Source of the DNA: a bacterium
GTDB lineage: Bacteria; Bacteroidota; Bacteroidia; NS11-12g; UBA9320
Assembly (NCBI GenBank): GCA_018223105.1
Contig: JAAEYY010000006.1
Coordinates: 72,806-136,805 of the forward strand
DNA length: 64,000 nucleotides
Direction of reading: 5' to 3'
Shown here: one piece after another, positions 40,727-49,958 of the stretch
Layout of the letters: every line of letters starts with the position of its first letter
How positions within the stretch are numbered: position 1 is the stretch's first letter
Translations under genes and position numbers: made by a program
The notes under the pieces: model-generated
The model's input: only the letters and a program-made list of their open reading frames with translations
What the model was told of the DNA's origin: nothing
Databases searched by the model: none

Positions 40727-42115
40727 TTATAGGTTTCCGTAAGCTTTGTCTAAATTGATTTTCGCTACACTTAATTCGTAAAGTGCATTGAGGTAGTTGG
40801 TTTGAGCTATAGTTAAATCACGTTCTGCATTCACCATCTCGAAGGAGCTACCTACGCCTTCTTGAAATTTAATTTTTGTGGTATTATAAATGGATTCTGA
40901 TAATTCAATGTTTTTCTTTTGGATTTCCAGATTTCGATATGCATTTCTGTAAGTAGTTTGCGCTTGCGCGATTTCAAGGGCAATACCGTTTTTGGCTTGC
41001 TCCAAAGAGTTAGTGGTTTTTAAGATGTCAACTCTTGCCTGGTCTGCTTTTGATTTCTTATACAATCCATCGAAAATGGGGATGCTCAGACTTAGACTGT
41101 ATGAAGACAATCCAAACCATTCATTTCCTAATTGATCGAACTGGTCTTTCTGACCGAAAGTGTTAAAACCGTAGTTTGCATTTAGATAAATGGTTGGAAT
41201 GTATCCTACTTGATATCTTTTGAGATCTAACTCATTTAAAGCTTGCTGTTGCTCCAAAATTTGTATTTCTATTCTGTTTGATAGGTCAGCGCTCTCAACA
41301 AATTCAGGAGAAAATGTAGTCTCATCAAACTCGGGAAGCGCTGTTGTTAAACTGATTTCCTGATTCACGTCTAAGCCCATGCTGTTTAACAATAACTTCT
41401 TCGTTAGCTCCGCCTGGTTTTGAAGATTGTTGATATTGATTTCCACCTGTGATACAGATAATACAAGTCGATCTACATCTAGTTGCTCTGCATAACCGGC
41501 ATCGTATAATTCTTGAGTTTCTTTTTTCAGTTTCTGCAAGTTCTCTAAACTCTTTTCAAGCTGTCCAAGGTTCTGTTCTGAAATCAAAGCCATGTAATAC
41601 GCTTTATAAACTCCTTCTTTAACATCTATGGCAGATTTAGACAGGAGGAGCTGACTCACATTCACAAACTCAGACGCCGCTTTCAATCCTAAAAAGAAGG
41701 TTCCGTCGAAGATGAGCTGCTGCATACCAACCGTTGCCTGTAAGGAGTATGGAACTCCAAATTGCGCAGGGAAAGATCCGAAACTTCTATTGGGGTCGGG
41801 TTGCACAAGACCTTCTTGAATCAGAACTCCGTAAACTGAAGGAGAAATGAAATCAGGAAATACCTGCGTTGCAATTTCCAGGTTATGGGTGAAATTTACA
41901 TTTCCATTGACTTGGGGTAGTCCCATGGATCGAACTTCATCTACCTGATTTTCAGCATACTCAATGTCGAGTGCTGCATTTCTGTGAGCTTGATTATTGG
42001 CTAAAGCGGTGCTTATGGCTTCGTCAAGGCTTATCTCGAGCACGTCACCCGGCTCTTGTTGAGCGAATGCTATGCTAAATGGTAGAAGTAAAACTAAGCT
42101 TAAGAGTTTTTTCAT
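40727..42115 (-). CDS. TolC family outer membrane protein
   Basis: Signal peptide, GLPQVNG, QLIFDG, LSIPIFDG, and operon context. Confidence 0.93.
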   Translation of the reverse strand: MKKLLSLVLLLPFSIAFAQQEPGDVLEISLDEAISTALANNQAHRNAALDIEYAENQVDEVRSMGLPQVNGNVNFTHNLEIATQVFPDFISPSVYGVLIQEGLVQPDPNRSFGSFPAQFGVPYSLQATVGMQQLIFDGTFFLGLKAASEFVNVSQLLLSKSAIDVKEGVYKAYYMALISEQNLGQLEKSLENLQKLKKETQELYDAGYAEQLDVDRLVLSVSQVEININNLQNQAELTKKLLLNSMGLDVNQEISLTTALPEFDETTFSPEFVESADLSNRIEIQILEQQQALNELDLKRYQVGYIPTIYLNANYGFNTFGQKDQFDQLGNEWFGLSSYSLSLSIPIFDGLYKKSKADQARVDILKTTNSLEQAKNGIALEIAQAQTTYRNAYRNLEIQKKNIELSESIYNTTKIKFQEGVGSSFEMVNAERDLTIAQTNYLNALYELSVAKINLDKAYGNL

Positions 42116-42714
42116 AATTTCAAATGTTCGTTGAGGTAGTCTGTTCCTTTGTTAGTACAAATACTATTTAAATGATAATGAATTGCTTCTGCTTGTAAAT
42201 TGGGGATTTCAATGTTTTGACCAATTGCAAAACCGGGTTGAACCATGTTTTGAACCAGGCATACATAGATGGAAGCAACAATGTCAATATTGAAATTTTC
42301 TCTGTATAGGCCTTCTTTACGACCTTGTATTATATTCTGTTTAATATTTTTAAAGATGAATTCTGTGGTGAAGTTTTGGAATTTTTGCCAGCAATTAGGA
42401 TAATACTTTTGTATATCATACATAACAGCCGGATTCATCCCTTCAAGGCTTTTATGAACGTACTTACTCATTTCTAGCACTTGCTCTATAGCATTTGTTG
42501 CTTCCTCAAAGCAAGTATTGCAAACATCCTTGTCGTTACTGAGGTGGTTGTCGAATACCGTATTCACCAATTCTCTTTTGTCCTTAAAGTGCTGATAAAT
42601 GGTTTTCTTGCTCATACCCAACTCACGAGCGAGATCGTCCATACTCACACTTTTAATGCCGATTCTCATGAAAATCGACTCGGCTTTTTTTATAATGAGG
42701 TCTCTCGTTTCCAA
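42112..42714 (-). CDS. TetR/AcrR family transcriptional regulator
   Basis: HTH GIKSVSMDDLARELGMSKKTIYQHFKDK. Probable TTG start at 42714. Confidence 0.93.
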   Translation of the reverse strand: METRDLIIKKAESIFMRIGIKSVSMDDLARELGMSKKTIYQHFKDKRELVNTVFDNHLSNDKDVCNTCFEEATNAIEQVLEMSKYVHKSLEGMNPAVMYDIQKYYPNCWQKFQNFTTEFIFKNIKQNIIQGRKEGLYRENFNIDIVASIYVCLVQNMVQPGFAIGQNIEIPNLQAEAIHYHLNSICTNKGTDYLNEHLKL

Positions 42715-42723
42715 AATTCGGTG

Positions 42724-42765
42724 CAAATGTATACGCAGGAAACTTTCAAAATGCAAATCGTTTCC
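42724..42765 (-). promoter_or_regulatory. TetR operon promoter and candidate operator
   Basis: -7 box TACATTTG (42731-42724). Inverted repeat GGAAAC-N16-GTTTCC (42738-42765) overlaps the -33 region. Confidence 0.55.
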
Positions 42766-42805
42766 AATGTTTTTGATGATTATCGACGAGATTCACTTCT
42801 CGTTC

Positions 42806-42813
42806 TATATTTG
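42806..42813 (+). promoter_or_regulatory. Sigma-A -7 box for udk
   Basis: TATATTTG, only 4 nt before the GTG start. Confidence 0.65.
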
Positions 42814-42817
42814 AGCC

Positions 42818-43438
42818 GTGAATTCATCTTTCATAGTGGGCCTGTCGGGTGGTAGTGCCAGTGGTAAAACCTCCTTTATTCATGCGCTTCGCAAAGAATT
42901 TAGTGCAGAGGAATTATGTGTGATTTCACTGGATCATTACTATAAACCACTTTCGGCTCAAATAAGGGATGAAAACGGAGAAGTTAATTTTGATCACCCG
43001 GATGGAATCGATTTCGCTCGAGTAAAGAGAGATCTTAGGCTGCTTTTAAAGGGCAAAACGGTAAAAATTGTAGAGTATACATTTAATAACCCGGCACTTT
43101 TTCCTCAGCAACTTACTTTTAGACCAACTCCTATTATCTTAATTGAGGGCCTTTATGTGTTTGCAGACGCCGGACTAAGGAAAATGTTAGACTGGCGCTT
43201 GTTTCTTGAAGTTCACCAAGATGAAGCTTTTAGAAGGCGTTTAGAACGAGATCTCGAAGAACGAGGTATGACCGAAGAAGAAGTTCATTATCAATGGAAG
43301 AACCATGTAATTCCTTCTCACAAAGAACATCTTCAACCACACCTTAAAGATGTTCACCTGTTTATTGATAATAATCGCGATTTTAGGGAAGGCCTTGAGC
43401 AGGTTTGTTTGAAATTTAGAGAAATACTAAATTCTTAA
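42818..43438 (+). CDS. udk: Uridine kinase
   Basis: P-loop GGSASGKT, SLDHYY, NFDHP, IEGL, RRLERD..ERG. Confidence 0.88.
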   Translation: MNSSFIVGLSGGSASGKTSFIHALRKEFSAEELCVISLDHYYKPLSAQIRDENGEVNFDHPDGIDFARVKRDLRLLLKGKTVKIVEYTFNNPALFPQQLTFRPTPIILIEGLYVFADAGLRKMLDWRLFLEVHQDEAFRRRLERDLEERGMTEEEVHYQWKNHVIPSHKEHLQPHLKDVHLFIDNNRDFREGLEQVCLKFREILNS

Positions 43439-43532
43439 TCACTTTAGACGCTTTATTATCAAAGCATTTCGTCATTTTTATGCCTTCATTTTATTCCGGC
43501 AATAATTAATTGTCGAATTGACTGAATAAATT

Positions 43533-43540
43533 TACTTTTG
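43533..43540 (+). promoter_or_regulatory. Sigma-A -7 box for secDF
   Basis: TACTTTTG followed by CAA. Confidence 0.7.
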
Positions 43541-43578
43541 CAACCTTTTAAAATTAGCAAACAAGCACTTTACCAATA

Positions 43579-46500
43579 ATGAAGAATAAAGGATTTATTC
43601 AGGTTATTACCCTTCTACTATTACTGGCTAGTATTTATCAGCTTTCGTTTACATTCATTACCAACGGTGTTGAGAATGATGCAGAACGAGTAGCTACTCT
43701 CAAGTATCCTTCAGAAGATCAAACAAATCTTCGCGATTCATTCGAGAAGGAATACCTAGACTCAATGAGAGGTGTAGACGTTTACAATCTCGGGATTGGA
43801 AGTTTCACCTATTCAGAATGTTTGGAAAGAGAGTTAAATCTTGGACTGGATTTACAAGGGGGGATGAACGTAACCTTAGAGGTGGCAACTCCTGACATCA
43901 TCGATGCATTGTCTAACGAATCGGATAACAAAGAATATCGCGAAGCATTCGAGAAAGCAAAAGAAGAATATTTAGGTCAAAGAAACTTTGTTGACGTATT
44001 TGCAGAAAACTATAAGGAAGTGGCTCCAGAGGGTCAGCTAGCTTCAATTTTCTATTCTAGAGAGTTGGAAGACTATTTGCCGAATAAGTTCAATTCTACC
44101 AACGAAGAGATTTACGAATACCTTAAGATCGAAACTGAGTCGGCAATCGACAGAGCATTTGAAATTATCAGTACTCGTATCGATAAATTTGGTGTTGCTC
44201 AGCCGAACATTCAGCGTTTGGAAAACGGCCGTATTCTGGTTGAATTACCGGGTGTTGATGATCCGAGCAGGGTGAGAAAGATTTTACAAGGTGCAGCCGA
44301 ACTTCAGTTCTGGTTTATGTATCCTTTAAACGATGCATATGAGCACCTTTCTAATGTAAACAAGATCGTTTATTCATTAGAAAAGCCGGCAGGTGATTCT
44401 GCGGCTGCAGAGAATACAGGCTTGAGTTCAAGCTTGGATGGAGGTTTAACTTCAACAGAGTCCGAAGAAAGTACAGACTCAACTGAAGAAGGAAGTCTAA
44501 CAGGTTCTCTTGAATCTACAGATTCTCTGGACCAACCAGACAGCACTAAATCTCAGGAACAACTACAGGCAGAAAATCCAGTACTATCTAAATTTACTCC
44601 TAACATTGACCAGGAAAATAATACTTGGAGACCTAATGGAATCTTGGGATATGTTCAAGAAACGGATAAAGACGACTTTGATAAATGGTTTAATCTACCT
44701 GAAGTGAAAGATGCATTACCTGTAGATATTCACTTCAAATGGAGCTTTAAGCCAATTGATGAAGCGGGTACGATCTGGGCATTATACGCGCTTAAGTCTA
44801 ATAAAGATGGCGATCCTGCATTAGAAGGAGATGTAATTACCGATGCAAGACCTTCTCGTCAGGCAAACGGTGAACTTTCTGTAAGCATGACAATGAACCA
44901 GGAAGGAGCGAAAACTTGGAGATTAATCACTGCTCAAGCAGCCAGCGCTAATCCAAAAGAAGCAATTGCAATTGTTCTTGATAATCAAGTATACAGTGCT
45001 CCTACGGTAAACGGTGAGATTCCAAACGGAATGTCAGTTATTGAAGGTAACTATACTCAGAATGAAGCGGAAGATTTAGCGAATATTTTGAAAGCGGGTA
45101 AATTACCTGCACCGGCAAGAATTACAGGTGAGAGTACTGTTGGACCAACTTTGGGTGCGAAAGCAATCGCAAGTGGTCAAACTTCATTAATCATCGGTTT
45201 CCTTTTGGTAATCGTGTTTATGATATTCTACTACGGAAAAGCCGGTATTTATGCGGATATCGCCTTGCTTGTAAACTTACTCCTAATTGTAGGTGTTCTT
45301 GCGGGTTACGGTGCTGCCTTAACATTACCGGGTATGGCAGGTTTAGTATTGACCATCGGTATGGCGGTCGATGCGAACGTACTTGTATTTGAAAGGATAC
45401 GGGAAGAGTTTAAAAACGGAAAGTCATTTAAGATGGCGGTTCGCGATGGTTATAAAGGAGCTTACTCTTCAATTATAGATGCGAACATTACAACAGCAAT
45501 TGCAGGTATTATTCTATTGGTTCTAGGTAAAGGGCCGGTTATGGGATTTGCTGTGATTCTTGTTATTGGTATCGCTTCTTCTCTTTTTACCTCTATCTTC
45601 TTAACCAGACTCTTTATTGAAAGAGACATTGATAAAGGAAGAGAAACTACATTCTACACTAACTTCTCTAAGAATATTTTCCAATCATTTAATTGGAACT
45701 TCATCGGTAAACGTAAGATTTTCTATATCGTTTCCGGATTGATTATAACGGCAGGAATTATTTCACTTTCTACCAAAGGTTTGAGTAGAGGTGTTGATTT
45801 TGACGGGGGATGGAGTTACACCATTCAGGTAGATGATGCTAGTGTTGGCGAGATTCGAAATGCTTTAAATAGCGGATTAGGTCAGGAAGCAAATAACCAG
45901 GTGAAAACTTATGGTGGAGATGGTCAGTACAGAGTTACTACTACCTACATGATCAACAGCACCGATAAAGAAGCTGCTGAGAATGTTCAGGCCAAAGTGA
46001 TTGAATCTCTTAGCGACTTTAAAGTTTCAACGGATGATATTTTGTCTTCAGATAAAGTTGGACCAACCATTGCAGAAGATATTAAAAACAGATCTACCAT
46101 TGCGATTATCGTTGCATTGATCGGTATCTTCCTATATATTATCGGCAGGTTCCGTAAATGGGGCTTTGGACTTGGTGCAACAGTTGCTTTGTTCCACGAC
46201 GTTTTAATCGTATTCTCACTATACTCTATCTTAGATGGTATATTGCCATTTAGCTTAGATATAGACCAGGCCTTTATTGCGGCAATCCTTACGGTTGTGG
46301 GTTACTCTATTAACGATACGGTGGTTGTATTTGACCGTGTAAGAGAGTTCCTTGCACTGAACAAACACGAATCTGATCTCGGAGCTGTAATTAACGATGC
46401 GATCAACCAGACCTTGAGTAGAACGATGATTACATCATTAACAACCTTGCTTGTAATTGTGATTCTATTCGTTGCGGGTGGTGAGGGTCTTAAAGACTTT

Positions 46501-46602
46501 ACTTTCGCACTCTTGATAGGTGTGGCAGTTGGTACTTATTCATCGGTATGTATTGCAACTCCAATTGTGGTTGACTTCTTAAAATCAAGAAAGAAGAAAT
46601 AA
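43579..46602 (+). CDS. secDF: Protein translocase subunit SecDF (fused)
   Basis: LGLDLQGG, GMAVDANVLVFERIREE, GVDFDGG, GYSINDTVVVFDRVRE. Confidence 0.98.
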   Translation: MKNKGFIQVITLLLLLASIYQLSFTFITNGVENDAERVATLKYPSEDQTNLRDSFEKEYLDSMRGVDVYNLGIGSFTYSECLERELNLGLDLQGGMNVTLEVATPDIIDALSNESDNKEYREAFEKAKEEYLGQRNFVDVFAENYKEVAPEGQLASIFYSRELEDYLPNKFNSTNEEIYEYLKIETESAIDRAFEIISTRIDKFGVAQPNIQRLENGRILVELPGVDDPSRVRKILQGAAELQFWFMYPLNDAYEHLSNVNKIVYSLEKPAGDSAAAENTGLSSSLDGGLTSTESEESTDSTEEGSLTGSLESTDSLDQPDSTKSQEQLQAENPVLSKFTPNIDQENNTWRPNGILGYVQETDKDDFDKWFNLPEVKDALPVDIHFKWSFKPIDEAGTIWALYALKSNKDGDPALEGDVITDARPSRQANGELSVSMTMNQEGAKTWRLITAQAASANPKEAIAIVLDNQVYSAPTVNGEIPNGMSVIEGNYTQNEAEDLANILKAGKLPAPARITGESTVGPTLGAKAIASGQTSLIIGFLLVIVFMIFYYGKAGIYADIALLVNLLLIVGVLAGYGAALTLPGMAGLVLTIGMAVDANVLVFERIREEFKNGKSFKMAVRDGYKGAYSSIIDANITTAIAGIILLVLGKGPVMGFAVILVIGIASSLFTSIFLTRLFIERDIDKGRETTFYTNFSKNIFQSFNWNFIGKRKIFYIVSGLIITAGIISLSTKGLSRGVDFDGGWSYTIQVDDASVGEIRNALNSGLGQEANNQVKTYGGDGQYRVTTTYMINSTDKEAAENVQAKVIESLSDFKVSTDDILSSDKVGPTIAEDIKNRSTIAIIVALIGIFLYIIGRFRKWGFGLGATVALFHDVLIVFSLYSILDGILPFSLDIDQAFIAAILTVVGYSINDTVVVFDRVREFLALNKHESDLGAVINDAINQTLSRTMITSLTTLLVIVILFVAGGEGLKDFTFALLIGVAVGTYSSVCIATPIVVDFLKSRKKK

Positions 46603-46623
46603 ACCCATAAAAAGTATAAATAG

Positions 46624-46652
46624 AAAATCCCGCCGTAGGCGGGATTTTTTTT
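46624..46652 (+). terminator. Intrinsic terminator after secDF
   Basis: AAAATCCCGCC-GTA-GGCGGGATTTT followed by a T-run. Confidence 0.92.
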
Positions 46653-46676
46653 GTTTCAAATTCTAGATCACTCTTT

Positions 46677-46809
46677 GACTACGTTCCTCCGCAAACCCTC
46701 TCCGCCGGCTGGCGGATTCGTAGATCGAAGGAAAGCTACGTAGAATGTAGATGTCTACTAAGCTGAAGCTACGTAGAATGTAGACCCTTTGTGTCGTGGT
46801 GTCTTTGTG
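46677..46809. repeat. Cluster of REP-like palindromes and direct repeats
   Basis: TCCGCC-GGCT-GGCGGA at 46701-46716. The 19-mer AAGCTACGTAGAATGTAGA occurs at 46733 and 46766. CTTTGTG occurs at 46787 and 46803. Confidence 0.75.
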
Positions 46810-46816
46810 AGAACTC

Positions 46817-48910
46817 CTACGCTATCTTACTCCACTCCTCAAACCCATTCCTATGCTCCAAATACCGCCTCAAGCCTTGTTGTTGCGGTAATTTCAATTC
46901 CGGGTCCTCTGTAAATAGATGCTCTAAAGAGGTTCTTGCAGCCAACGCTATATCCCGATCTTCACTTAAAGAGGCTAACTTAAGCTGATCTAAACCACTC
47001 TGTCTGGTCCCGCTAATATCACCAAAACCCCTTAATTGCATATCAATCTCGCTGAGTTCGAACCCGCTGCTACGTTTAACCATAGCCTTCAATCTAATTT
47101 CAGCATTCTCGCTCAGCTTTTTAGAACTCATTAAAATACAATAGGATTGATCTGCACCTCGACCAACTCTTCCGCGTAACTGATGTAACTGACTTAATCC
47201 AAATTTCTCAGCGCTCTCAATTACCATGATACTCGCGTTCGGAACATCTATACCAACTTCAATCACGGTAGTACTTACCAGTATTTGGCAGCCTTTGTCC
47301 TTAAATCTTTTCATCACCGCCTCTTTGTCTTCGCTGTTCATTTGTCCGTGAAGCATGTCTACCTGGTATTTGGGTCTCGGGAAAGCTTTAAGTAATTCAT
47401 CATAGCCGTTATTGAGATCTTTGTAATTGAAATTGTCGCTTTCTTCAATTAATGGGTAAACGATATAAGCTTGCTTTCCTGCATCAACTGCAGATCGAAT
47501 AAATTCCCAAACTTTGGGTCGTGCAAAACCAAAGCGATGCACTGTTTTAATCGTTTTCCGTCCTTTGGGTAGTTCATCTATTACTGAGTAGTCAAGATCA
47601 CCATAAACGCTCATTGCAAGGGTCCTGGGGATAGGCGTAGCAGTCATCACTAGCACATGTGGGTCTTTACCACCTTTTGCTTGTAATTTGGCTCTTTGTG
47701 CCACACCAAAGCGATGTTGTTCATCAATTACCACTAATCCCTGCTTGGGAATCTGAACTTTATCTTCAATTAGGGCATGAGTTCCTATTAGTATTTTGAT
47801 TTCTCCAAGCTTCAATAGCCTGTGAATCTCTTTTCGTTCTGCTGCAGAAGTAGATCCTGTTAGCAAGGCAATTGGAATGTTCTGTTTCTCTGCTAGCTGT
47901 TTAAGTCCTATATAATGCTGGCTGGCGAGAATTTCAGTGGGGGCCATTAGTGAACATTGATAACCTGAATCTATAGCCATTAACATGGATAGAAATGCTA
48001 CTATCGTCTTGCCGCTTCCTACATCACCCTGAAGTAAGCGGTTCATCTGTTTACCTGAGCATAAATCTGTCTTGATTTCTTGAAGCACCCGGGTCTGAGC
48101 GCCTGTGAGATCAAAGGGGATATGCTGTTCAATGAACTCCTGAAACAGCGGCATGTTTTTTTCAAACACCAAGCCTTCTTTTGCTTGTGAACGATTAATT
48201 CTTTGATGTATAAAGGGGAATTGCAGAAAAAACAACTCCTCAAATTTAAATCGCTGTCGAGCAGCGATGCTTTGCTTGGTGCTATTTGGACGGTGGACTT
48301 GACGAAAAGCCTCTGCTCGTGATAACAGTTTATACTTTTCAAGAATCCATGAAGGCAAAATTTCCGGGATATCTAATTTTTCGTGGTCCAATAAATTACT
48401 CATCATTCCCCGAATTGATTTGCTGTCAATACGAGACTTTCTCATTCGCTCGGTGAGAGAATATATTGCGTATAAGCCACTATTTTTCTTGGCTTCTTCC
48501 AGACTAATAATTTCAGGATGCGGAAAATTTAGTTTGCCATTAAAAGAATTAGCTTTTCCATACAGTACCACTTCCTCATTGGTTTTAAGGCTTTTATTGA
48601 GCCATTGTACCCCCTTAAACCAAACTAATTCAGTTTCTTCTTTGCCGTCGCTGAAGATTGCAGAAAGTCTGCTGTTTCTTTGGAAGCCGATCATGTTCTT
48701 AGAAAGAATTCTTCCTTTGATTTGGTATGGACCTGCATCGGGCACAACATCCTTAATCATACTAAATTTTGAGCGGTCTTCGTATCGGAAAGGGAAGTAC
48801 ATTAATAAATCTTCAAAAGTGCGAATACCAAGTTCGGTTTGAAGGATCTTAGCCCTTGTTTCACCTACACCTTTTAAGTACGTAATCTCACTATTTAAAA
48901 ACTCATTCAT
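46817..48910 (-). CDS. recG: ATP-dependent DNA helicase RecG
   Basis: RLLQGDVGSGKT, DEQHRFGV.QR, MTATPIPRTL, QLHQLRGRVGRG. Confidence 0.98.
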   Translation of the reverse strand: MNEFLNSEITYLKGVGETRAKILQTELGIRTFEDLLMYFPFRYEDRSKFSMIKDVVPDAGPYQIKGRILSKNMIGFQRNSRLSAIFSDGKEETELVWFKGVQWLNKSLKTNEEVVLYGKANSFNGKLNFPHPEIISLEEAKKNSGLYAIYSLTERMRKSRIDSKSIRGMMSNLLDHEKLDIPEILPSWILEKYKLLSRAEAFRQVHRPNSTKQSIAARQRFKFEELFFLQFPFIHQRINRSQAKEGLVFEKNMPLFQEFIEQHIPFDLTGAQTRVLQEIKTDLCSGKQMNRLLQGDVGSGKTIVAFLSMLMAIDSGYQCSLMAPTEILASQHYIGLKQLAEKQNIPIALLTGSTSAAERKEIHRLLKLGEIKILIGTHALIEDKVQIPKQGLVVIDEQHRFGVAQRAKLQAKGGKDPHVLVMTATPIPRTLAMSVYGDLDYSVIDELPKGRKTIKTVHRFGFARPKVWEFIRSAVDAGKQAYIVYPLIEESDNFNYKDLNNGYDELLKAFPRPKYQVDMLHGQMNSEDKEAVMKRFKDKGCQILVSTTVIEVGIDVPNASIMVIESAEKFGLSQLHQLRGRVGRGADQSYCILMSSKKLSENAEIRLKAMVKRSSGFELSEIDMQLRGFGDISGTRQSGLDQLKLASLSEDRDIALAARTSLEHLFTEDPELKLPQQQGLRRYLEHRNGFEEWSKIA

Positions 48911-49851
48911 TAATTATACATGTTTCCAATTAAAGCGCCTAACTCCATCAGCCAGGCAATACCCACGTGCACTATAATTCCACCAATAATGGATCTACTG
49001 TAATAAGTAACAATTCCCAGAATACTTCCCCCGAATAATGAACTTACAAGCTCTCCGGCCGGCTTACCCCAGTGTATGGTGCAATAAAATAAGGCCATTG
49101 GCAATAATACCCGAGGACCTGCAACTTCAAGGAAGGCTAATATTAAAAATCCCCGAAAGAAGAACTCAACATTCAGGAAATCTGAACCGTAAAATATCTC
49201 ATAAATGATGAAGTACCATTTATGGTCCGGGTTATTTATATCAAGATCTTGAAAATTTGCTCCTCTTGGGTATGCTCCTAGAAAGTCGGCCTGAGTAGAG
49301 GCTACAACTATTAATGGTAGCATGAGCAGCAACATAGCGAAGTAAGGCTTAGTTGAAAATTTCTTTAACGTGAATCCATAAAAGGAGTATTTCCTGCGGT
49401 CTCCGGACCATATCCAATATATCCAGATAACTCCAAATACGATTGCAGCCCTCAGTACGGTACAAATAATTCGATAATAGAAAAGTGAATGCTCGATGTT
49501 CTGGTATTTATCCCACCATAAGTTAGCCAGTAAATTAACATTGCTTCTTAAAGCGAAAACAAGTAAAGCGAAGAAAAATAGAAACCAGAATTTCTGATTT
49601 TTAAGAAAGCCTGTGTCCTTATGGTTAAATGCACTAAAAAGGTAACCGATTAAAAAAGGAATCCCGTAAAGCACCATGTGAAATACAATCATTTCAGGGC
49701 TGTGTCTATGTTCATTTGCAATATTGTCTATAAAGTCAGTGCCGTAATTCAGGTAGGCAAAAAGGGCGGTATAAACAAAAGCAAAAATGTAATCATAACC
49801 GTTTAGATGGTCCTTGTGAAAAGCTTTTAAATACCCAATGATTGTTCTCAA
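48910..49851 (-). CDS. CPBP (type II CAAX/Abi) intramembrane glutamic endopeptidase
   Basis: Multi-TM. EFFFRG, IHWGKP..E, and HVGIA motifs. Stop overlaps the recG start (TAATG). Confidence 0.82.
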   Translation of the reverse strand: MRTIIGYLKAFHKDHLNGYDYIFAFVYTALFAYLNYGTDFIDNIANEHRHSPEMIVFHMVLYGIPFLIGYLFSAFNHKDTGFLKNQKFWFLFFFALLVFALRSNVNLLANLWWDKYQNIEHSLFYYRIICTVLRAAIVFGVIWIYWIWSGDRRKYSFYGFTLKKFSTKPYFAMLLLMLPLIVVASTQADFLGAYPRGANFQDLDINNPDHKWYFIIYEIFYGSDFLNVEFFFRGFLILAFLEVAGPRVLLPMALFYCTIHWGKPAGELVSSLFGGSILGIVTYYSRSIIGGIIVHVGIAWLMELGALIGNMYN

Positions 49852-49958
49852 TATGCTCGATTTCAGGACAATACTATTTATTCCATTCTATATTTCAAAA
49901 ACCGTGTTCAAAATGTGAACATTTAGCTCAATCTGCACCTTATACTTGTAGCTCAAAT

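Noticed and set aside
43439-43578. SecM/MifM-like arrest ORF upstream of secDF
   Set aside because: A -7 box lies 38 nt before the ATG, leaving no room for such an ORF, and the upstream gene is udk.
46733-46784. 19 bp direct repeat as a mini-CRISPR array
   Set aside because: Only two copies, a 14 nt spacer, and no cas genes.
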